From Phenylobacterium sp. (GTDB taxonomy: Bacteria; Pseudomonadota; Alphaproteobacteria; Caulobacterales; Caulobacteraceae), in contig DASRRU010000108.1 of NCBI GenBank assembly GCA_035656795.1, positions 1 to 54,273 on the forward strand: DNA of 54,273 nucleotides, written 5' to 3'. Under the pieces are notes generated by a model. That model was not told the DNA's origin. It did no database searches and saw only the letters and a program-made list of their open reading frames with translations. The translations under genes were made by a program, and so were the position numbers. Positions 47,683 to 54,273 of this stretch are shown piece after piece. Position 1 is the first letter of the stretch; each line of letters starts with the position of its first letter.

Positions 47683-48330
47683 TCAGGTCTTGGCCCTGGC
47701 CTTCTTGGCCTTGGCTTTCGTCTGGCCGGGCCAGGCGGTGTCGATCGCCAGCCGTGGATTGGCGGTGATCTTCAGGTCGGCGCAGTGGTGGTAGGTGAAG
47801 CGGCCGTCGGTGTTGACGCCGTGTTCCTCCATGAACTGGATGATCTGCAGCGAGCAGTGGTCGCAGTTGATGTTGGGGATCTTGACGTAGGTGTCGAACG
47901 CCTGGCCGGGCTGGCGCTGATGGTGCTCAAAGATGCCGTCCACGAGCACCGGCGGCTTGGGGTTGAGATCGATCTTGCCGGACACCGAGACCGGGCCGTG
48001 CGGGCCGTCCTTCGTCACGTCTTCCGGATCGGCCGGGAGTTCCGAGCGGTCGAGCACCGACAGCGCCACCCGGAAATGGCCCGGGTGGTAGACGGTCTCC
48101 TTGACCTTCACGCGCAGGAGTTCGCCGCCGGCGACGGGGGTGATGAAGGCCGTGGGCGTTCCCGCATTGGCGCTCGTCCCGCCGCAGGGCCCGAGCTTCT
48201 GCGGATCGCCCAGATGGTCTTCTTCGATCCAGGACTTCGGCGTCACCAGGATGAAGTGGGCCCAGGAAGCCGCCGGCGCGGCGAGCGCGACAGCGCCGGC
48301 AAGCAGGGCCGAGACAAGGCGAAGCTTCAC
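47683..48330 (-). CDS. Secreted His-brace, polysaccharide-monooxygenase-like protein (SCE4755-like family)
   Basis: Signal peptide ending ASWA|H gives N-terminal His; QKLGPCGG, ETVYHPGHFRVAL, CDHCSLQIIQFM, YHHCADL. Confidence 0.75.
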   Translation of the reverse strand: MKLRLVSALLAGAVALAAPAASWAHFILVTPKSWIEEDHLGDPQKLGPCGGTSANAGTPTAFITPVAGGELLRVKVKETVYHPGHFRVALSVLDRSELPADPEDVTKDGPHGPVSVSGKIDLNPKPPVLVDGIFEHHQRQPGQAFDTYVKIPNINCDHCSLQIIQFMEEHGVNTDGRFTYHHCADLKITANPRLAIDTAWPGQTKAKAKKARAKT

Positions 48331-48443
48331 GTTCAGATCCCCTATTCGCTACGATTCAGGCGTCACTTAGCATCGGCCGCAACTTCACAGATTTCGCGTC
48401 GGAGACGACTTCTGTCCGGGATCAGCGGCGACGCGCCCCTTTG

Positions 48444-50960
48444 CTATTCGGCCCTGAGCGCCGGCGCCGGCCGCTTGGAAAGCGCCTGGAAGGCGGCGAG
48501 CAAGCCACCGATCCCCGCCACGAGGGCCGCCGCCGCCACAAGGGCCGCGACGCCCGCCCAGTCCATGCTCCACTTGGCGTGGAAGACTTTCACCACCACC
48601 GGCCAGGCGGCGGCATAGCCAAGGGCCACGCCCGCGGCCCCCGCAATCACACCGACCGCGCCGTACTCGAGGACATAGGCGCCAAGGATCTGGCCACGCG
48701 AGGCGCCCAGCACCTTCAGGATCGCGGCCTCCCGCGTCCGGGCCCGGGCGCGCGCGGCGATGGCGCCGGTCAGGACCAGCAGGCCGGCGAGCGCGGCGAC
48801 CGCCGCAGCCCCGCGCACCGCCAGCGCCAGGCGGTCGAACAGGTCGGTGGCGGCTTCCAGCTGCTCGCGCACCGAGATCACGTTCACGGTCGGAAAGCTG
48901 TGGCCCAGCTCGCGGATGACCGCAGCCTCCTGCGCCTTGGAGGCCTTGGCGATGGCGACCTGCCGCAGGTTGGCGCCCGCCATGGCCGAAGGCGTGATCA
49001 CCAGCGGGAAGCTGGCGCCGAAGCCGCCGAAGTCGACCTTGCGCAGCACCGCCACCTTGGCGTCGATGTCGTTGCCCAGCACGGACAGCGTGATCTGATC
49101 GCCGACCTTGATCTGTTCGCCACGCGCCACATCCACGTCGATGGCGACCTGCGCCGGGCCTGCATAGTTCGCCGGCCACCAACGACCGTTCTCGATCCCC
49201 GCGCCCTCCGGCTCCGGCCCGATGGCGGACATCGAGATGTCGCTGTCGTAGGCCCAGCGATCGGACCTGGCGATCTTCTGTGTGTCCACCGGCTGGCCGC
49301 GGACCTTGGTGATACGGCCGGTGACGAACGGCTCTCGCAGATAGGTCTTGGAGGTCAGGGGCGCGCCAAATCCGCGGCGCACGGCAGCGTCGAATTCGGC
49401 TGGCCGGTCGCCCGGAATATCCGTGAACACCAGGGCCGGCGCGGTGCGCGGGGCGACCTCGGCCACCTGGTTCAGCAGCGCCGACTGGATCAGCACCACC
49501 GCGGCCAACAAGGCCACGCCCAGGCCGATGGCCGGCGAGGCGGTTCTCGCCGCCGAATGCGGTCCGGCAAGGTTGGCGAGACCGATGCGCAAGGGCCCCC
49601 TCGCCCGGGTCCTGGCCTTGCCAGCCAGCACCGCCGAGCCCCAGCCCAGCGCCCAGAGCAGGCCGAAGGAGACCGCTACGCCGGCGATCATGATCGCCGC
49701 CGCCAGGGGTGTTGGCGCGGTGGCCACCGCCATGGCGGCGAGGCCGACCGCGGCCAGCACCGCGCCCACGATCTCCGGCCCGATCTTGAAGGTCCCCGAC
49801 AGGTCGCTGCGGAACAGGCTGGCGGGCGGCGTCGACCGCGCGCGGCCCAGCGGGGCGAGCGAGAAGGCCGCGGCGGAAAGCAGGCCGAAGGCCGCGGCCT
49901 TGGCCAGGGGCCCAGGGTAGACCGCGAACAGGGCCGGAATCGGCAGGTTGTTCTTGATGAGTTCGCCCATAGCCAGCGGTGCGGCGGCGCCGATCGCCAG
50001 GCCGATGGCGACGCCGAGCGCCGCCAGCAGGCCGATCTGGATCAGGTAGATGTCGCGGACCAGCTGCCCCTCCGCGCCCAGGGCCTTCAGCGTGGCGATG
50101 ACCGGCTTGCGGACCTCAAGATAGGCGCTGACCGCCCCGAAGACGCCCAGGCCCCCGGCCACCAGCGAGGCCAGGCCGATGAAGCCCAGGAAATACTCCA
50201 GTTGGTCGATCAACCGGTGGATGCCAGGCGCCGCGTCCTCGCGGTCTCGTATCCGGACCAGGCCGCCCATCCGCCGATGCAGATCCGCCTTGGCGGCCGC
50301 CAGCGGCGTTCCGGCTGGCAGTTCGACGCGCGCAGTCACGCCGAACGGCAGCCCCGGCGCCATGAACCCGCCTCGCTGGACCGCGGCAAGACTGGTGATC
50401 ACCCGCGGGCCAAGCGCGAAGCCGCGCGACAGGCGGTCCGGCTCCTCCAGCAGCACGCCGCGCACCACCAGGGGCAGGTTGCCCGCCAGGAACTGGTCGC
50501 CCACCTGCATGTGCAGCTTGTCGAGCAGAGGTTGTTCGACCACGGCGCCGGCCACGCCGCGAACCGGTGCAATGGCGGCCTGCAGCGAAGATGCGCCCTT
50601 CAGCGTCACCTTGCCGGCCAGGGGGTAGGCGTCGTTGACCCCGCGCAGCTCGATCAGCCGGCGCTCGCCCGCGGGCGACTGCGCCATGGCCATCGACGCC
50701 ACCGCATAGGAAACCTGCCCCGCGTGGCCGAGGATCGCCTGCTCGGCGGGATTGAAGTTCCGCTGACGGACGCTCAGCGCCAGGTCGCCGCCCAGGATCT
50801 CGCTGGCCTGGCTGGCGAGGCCACGGCGGAAGGCCTCGGCGGTCGAACCGGCCGCGGCGATCGCCGCCACCCCCAGCGCAAGACAGGCGAGGAAGATGCG
50901 GAATCCCCGAACGCCGCCCCGCAGCTCGCGCGCCGCGAACCGAAAACTAAGCGGCGTCAT
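48444..50960 (-). CDS. ABC transporter permease (YbbP/FtsX-like)
   Basis: RELRGG...LALGVAAIA...LGGDL, two FtsX-type TM blocks. Confidence 0.9.
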   Translation of the reverse strand: MTPLSFRFAARELRGGVRGFRIFLACLALGVAAIAAAGSTAEAFRRGLASQASEILGGDLALSVRQRNFNPAEQAILGHAGQVSYAVASMAMAQSPAGERRLIELRGVNDAYPLAGKVTLKGASSLQAAIAPVRGVAGAVVEQPLLDKLHMQVGDQFLAGNLPLVVRGVLLEEPDRLSRGFALGPRVITSLAAVQRGGFMAPGLPFGVTARVELPAGTPLAAAKADLHRRMGGLVRIRDREDAAPGIHRLIDQLEYFLGFIGLASLVAGGLGVFGAVSAYLEVRKPVIATLKALGAEGQLVRDIYLIQIGLLAALGVAIGLAIGAAAPLAMGELIKNNLPIPALFAVYPGPLAKAAAFGLLSAAAFSLAPLGRARSTPPASLFRSDLSGTFKIGPEIVGAVLAAVGLAAMAVATAPTPLAAAIMIAGVAVSFGLLWALGWGSAVLAGKARTRARGPLRIGLANLAGPHSAARTASPAIGLGVALLAAVVLIQSALLNQVAEVAPRTAPALVFTDIPGDRPAEFDAAVRRGFGAPLTSKTYLREPFVTGRITKVRGQPVDTQKIARSDRWAYDSDISMSAIGPEPEGAGIENGRWWPANYAGPAQVAIDVDVARGEQIKVGDQITLSVLGNDIDAKVAVLRKVDFGGFGASFPLVITPSAMAGANLRQVAIAKASKAQEAAVIRELGHSFPTVNVISVREQLEAATDLFDRLALAVRGAAAVAALAGLLVLTGAIAARARARTREAAILKVLGASRGQILGAYVLEYGAVGVIAGAAGVALGYAAAWPVVVKVFHAKWSMDWAGVAALVAAAALVAGIGGLLAAFQALSKRPAPALRAE

Positions 50961-51658
50961 GCGGTTGTGGTGCTTTCCTGAGCGACGCGCCCGTCACGCA
51001 GCCGCACGGTGCGTCCCGCCCGCCTGGCCAGGGCCTCATCGTGAGTGACCAGCACCAGGGCCGCGCCGGTTTCCGCCACCAGGTCGAACATCAGCTCCGC
51101 CACGTGGGCGGCGTTGGCGGCGTCGAGATTGCCGGTGGGCTCGTCGGCGAACAGCAGCGCCGGGCGCGAGGCCAGGGCGCGGGCCAGGGCCACCCGCTGC
51201 TGCTCGCCGCCGGACAGCTGGTGCGGATAGTGCCGCCCCCGCGCCGAGAGGCCCACCCGCTCCAGCCATGCCTTGGCCGTCTCGGTGGCGCCGGGCGTGC
51301 GGGCGATCTCCAGCGGAGCCGCGACGTTCTCCTCCGCGGTCATGTTCGGCAGCAGATGGAAGCTCTGGAACACCAGTGACACGCGCCCCCGGCGCAGGCG
51401 GGCGCGGCCATCCTCGTCCAGCCCCGCCATGTCCTTCCCGAACAGCAGCACCCGGCCGCCGGTCGGGCGCTCCAGTCCCGCCGCAACGGCGATCAGCGAG
51501 GACTTGCCCGATCCGGAGGGCCCGACCAGCGCCACACGCTCGCCACGCCCTACGGTGACATCGAGCCCCCGCAGGATATCCACCGGCCCGGCGGCAGACG
51601 GCAGGGTGAGCGAAACCCTCTCGAGAACCAGCGGATCGGAGGCGTCAGTTTCGGTCAA
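50957..51658 (-). CDS. ABC transporter ATP-binding protein (YbbA-like)
   Basis: [28 protein letters not shown]. Confidence 0.95.
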   Translation of the reverse strand: MTETDASDPLVLERVSLTLPSAAGPVDILRGLDVTVGRGERVALVGPSGSGKSSLIAVAAGLERPTGGRVLLFGKDMAGLDEDGRARLRRGRVSLVFQSFHLLPNMTAEENVAAPLEIARTPGATETAKAWLERVGLSARGRHYPHQLSGGEQQRVALARALASRPALLFADEPTGNLDAANAAHVAELMFDLVAETGAALVLVTHDEALARRAGRTVRLRDGRVAQESTTTA

Positions 51659-51714
51659 GTCGGCCCCTTCGAGCGTTCAAGTCGCGTACACGATCCCCTA
51701 GATAGGACAGACGC

Positions 51715-52371
51715 ATGGCCGAAACACGATCCCTCTTCCTTTCCCGCCGAACTCTGATCGCCGCAGGGCTGGCGGCCCTGCCTGTCACCCTGCCATCCTG
51801 GGCGCTGGCCGCAAACGGCCCGGTGGTCACTATGCTGGGGGATTCGATCACCGCGGGCTACGGCCTGCCGCAGGCCGCGTCCCTGCCGATCCAGCTGCAT
51901 ATGGCCCTGCAAAAACTCGGCGTGGCCAACATGGTGCGCGGCGCCGGCGTCTCCGGCGACACCACCCAGGACGGCGCCGCCCGCGTCGACTTCAGCATTC
52001 GGCCGGACAGCCAGGTGGTGATCGTGGCCCTGGGCGGCAACGATCTGCTGCAGGGCGTCGACCCAAAGATCACCCGCGCCAACCTGGAGCAAATCGTCAG
52101 GCGGCTGAAGGAGCGCCACATGGCGGTGATCCTCTGCGGCATGCATGCCCCATCGGAGATGGGCGCCGGCTACGCCCGCGACTTCGACGCGGTGTTCCCG
52201 GCTGTGGCGAAGGCGGAGGGCGTCACTCTGTACCCCGACCTGCTGGCAGGCGTGGCGCGCAATCCGGCCCTCAATCAGGGCGACGCCATCCACCCCAACG
52301 CCAAAGGGGTGCAGATCATCGCCGGCAAGCTGGCTCCCGTGGTGGCGAAGGCGCTCGCGCACCGGACCTGA
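51715..52371 (+). CDS. tesA: Arylesterase/acyl-CoA thioesterase I (SGNH family)
   Basis: GDSITAGYG, GVSGDTT, LGGND, DAIHPN; Tat-like SRRTLI; divergent from ybbA-like gene as in the known arrangement. Confidence 0.8.
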   Translation: MAETRSLFLSRRTLIAAGLAALPVTLPSWALAANGPVVTMLGDSITAGYGLPQAASLPIQLHMALQKLGVANMVRGAGVSGDTTQDGAARVDFSIRPDSQVVIVALGGNDLLQGVDPKITRANLEQIVRRLKERHMAVILCGMHAPSEMGAGYARDFDAVFPAVAKAEGVTLYPDLLAGVARNPALNQGDAIHPNAKGVQIIAGKLAPVVAKALAHRT

Positions 52372-52383
52372 GGTCCCGGCCCT

Positions 52384-54273
52384 TTAGGTCGCGACAGCTT
52401 CCCCGACCGATTCCCGATGCGCCCGCGTGCCGCCGAGGATCTTGAAGATCGCGGGCATGGCGAGCAGGACCAGCGGGCCCTGCGCGACCAGGCCGGAGAT
52501 GATGGCGATCGCCAGCGGCCGCTCCATCGAGGCGCTGCCCCCCAGGGCAAGCGCCAACGGCGCCAGCGCCAGGATCGCGGCCAGGGTGGTCATGGCGATG
52601 GGGCGCAATCTGTTGAGCCCGGCTTCCACCAGCGCCCGGTCCGGCTCGAGCCCTTCTTCCAGCAGCGCCTCGTATTCGGTGAAGTAGAAGATCGCGACCT
52701 CGGTCGTGATGCCCAGGATCATGGTGGTGCCCATCAGCGCCATGATGTTGAGCTCGACCCCCGTGATCCACAGGCCAATCGCCACGGCCGAGGCCGCGGC
52801 CAGCGGCATCAGAAGGATGGTCACGGCGGTCCGGAAGCTCTCGTAGATCACCAGCAGCAGGACGAAGACCGCCGCGACGGCCGCCGCGAACACCATCGCC
52901 AGCCCTCGGAAGGCTGACTGCTGCTCGGCGAAGAGACCGCCCATCTCGAAGGTCACCCCGGCGGGCAGCAGCCCCGGCTTGGCGACGACCTTCTGGACGT
53001 CCTGGGCGGCCGAGCCGGTGTCACGTCCGGTGACGCGCGCGGTAACGGCGTCCATGCGCCGCATGTTCTCGCGGCCGATCTCGGCCTGGCCGGTGACGAC
53101 GCGCAGGCTGGCCACCCGCGACAGGGGGAAGATGTGGCCGTCGGCGGGCGACTTGAGCATCAGGCCGCCGACCTGGTCGATCCGGCCACGTGTCGCCGCC
53201 GGCGTCCAGACGCGCACATCGGCCAGGCTGGTTCCGGTCTGGATCTGGGTCGCCACATTGCCGCTCAGCATGCCCTCGATCTGCTTGCTGGCTTCCCCGG
53301 CGTCGATGCCCTCCAACTCGGCCTTCAGCGGGTCAACCTCGATCTGCAACCCGTCGCCGGCGATCACCACGCCGGACTTCACCTCGGTGACGCCGCTCAC
53401 CTTGCCGATAGCGTCGGCGACCTCAGGGCCGGTTTTCTGCAGCAGGGCTGCGTCGTCGCTGAAGAGCTTGACCTCGATGGGCTGCGGCACCGCCGTCAGG
53501 TCGCCGATCAGGTCCTCCATCAGCTGCGCCGTCTCGATCTCGACGCCGGGCACGCTGCCCTGAACCTTGCCGGCCACCTCAGTCATCACCTCCTCGATCG
53601 GCCGGCGGTCTTTGTGCTTGAGGCGGATGAAGAAGTCCCCGGTGTTGGGCTCGGTGAGCCCGCCGCCCAGTTGGACCCCGGTTCGCCGCGAGTAGGTGTC
53701 GACGTCCGGCGTGGCCCTGATCACCCCCTCGATCTGGCGCACCAGCCGGTCGGTCTCGGTCAGCGACATGCCGGGCGGGGCGATGTAGTCGAGGATGAAG
53801 CCGCCTTCGTCGATGTTCGGGATGAACCCGCTGCCGACGCTGACGAAGCACAGGCCGCCCAGGCCTGCGAGCACCACGACGCCCGCAACAGCCAGGAGAG
53901 GCCGGGCCACCATCACCTGCAGCGCTCCACGATAGCGGCGCATGATCCGGCCCTCCGGATCGATATCCGCCGTCTTCCCGCGCCGCTTGGTCAACTGCTC
54001 CACGAGCACCGGCACCAGCCACCAGGCCACCAGGAACGAGATCGTCAGGGCGACGGCCATGGTGATCGACAGCGCCTTGAAGAAGGCGCCCGTGACGCCG
54101 CTCAGAAAGGCCAGCGGCAGGAAGATGACGATGGTGGCGGCCGAGGAACTGACCAGAGGCCGCAGGAATTCGCCGACCGCGCGCTGGATGGTCAGCCGGC
54201 CCTTGTCCGGGTCTTCGCTCAGCCGGCGCTCGATGTGCTCGATCATCACGATGGCGTCGTCGATGATCAGGCC
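52384..54273 (-). CDS. RND efflux permease (AcrB/CusA family), 5'-truncated by the window edge
   Basis: GLIIDDAIVMIE at the edge, IVIFLPL, RLRPIAMTT, PLAIAIISGL. Confidence 0.92.
   Translation of the reverse strand, partial: GLIIDDAIVMIEHIERRLSEDPDKGRLTIQRAVGEFLRPLVSSSAATIVIFLPLAFLSGVTGAFFKALSITMAVALTISFLVAWWLVPVLVEQLTKRRGKTADIDPEGRIMRRYRGALQVMVARPLLAVAGVVVLAGLGGLCFVSVGSGFIPNIDEGGFILDYIAPPGMSLTETDRLVRQIEGVIRATPDVDTYSRRTGVQLGGGLTEPNTGDFFIRLKHKDRRPIEEVMTEVAGKVQGSVPGVEIETAQLMEDLIGDLTAVPQPIEVKLFSDDAALLQKTGPEVADAIGKVSGVTEVKSGVVIAGDGLQIEVDPLKAELEGIDAGEASKQIEGMLSGNVATQIQTGTSLADVRVWTPAATRGRIDQVGGLMLKSPADGHIFPLSRVASLRVVTGQAEIGRENMRRMDAVTARVTGRDTGSAAQDVQKVVAKPGLLPAGVTFEMGGLFAEQQSAFRGLAMVFAAAVAAVFVLLLVIYESFRTAVTILLMPLAAASAVAIGLWITGVELNIMALMGTTMILGITTEVAIFYFTEYEALLEEGLEPDRALVEAGLNRLRPIAMTTLAAILALAPLALALGGSASMERPLAIAIISGLVAQGPLVLLAMPAIFKILGGTRAHRESVGEAVAT

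Overview
High-GC alphaproteobacterial DNA, most likely Caulobacteraceae (Phenylobacterium/Caulobacter-like), judged from DUF2336 genes, a PleA-like transglycosylase and CtrA-type boxes. Bases 1-7281 look like the right end of an accessory island that abuts the 5' end of tRNA-Thr(TGT) at 7282-7357. Perfect 21-bp inverted repeats resembling integrase arm sites and an IHF-like site sit at the junction. The island holds the most interesting locus: a 1009-aa caspase-family (peptidase C14) protease fused to a Ski2/Hel308-like SF2 helicase, translationally coupled (ATGA) to a 619-aa protein with an intact nitrilase Glu-Lys-Cys triad. A convergent 57-aa ORF ending in Ala-Ala follows. The predicted promoter carries two NrdR-box-like motifs 31 bp apart and a structured leader. 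I infer a candidate undescribed nucleic-acid-sensing, protease-activated defence system, possibly under dNTP-responsive control. The rest (7.4-54 kb) is mostly ordinary chromosomal content: glpK, NAD kinase, ppc, a hybrid kinase, a CYP153-like P450, a CoA-dependent catabolic cluster, a frameshifted amidase, a His-brace LPMO-like protein, a ybbAP/tesA-like trio and a truncated RND permease. All calls come from reading motifs by eye; no database searches were run.
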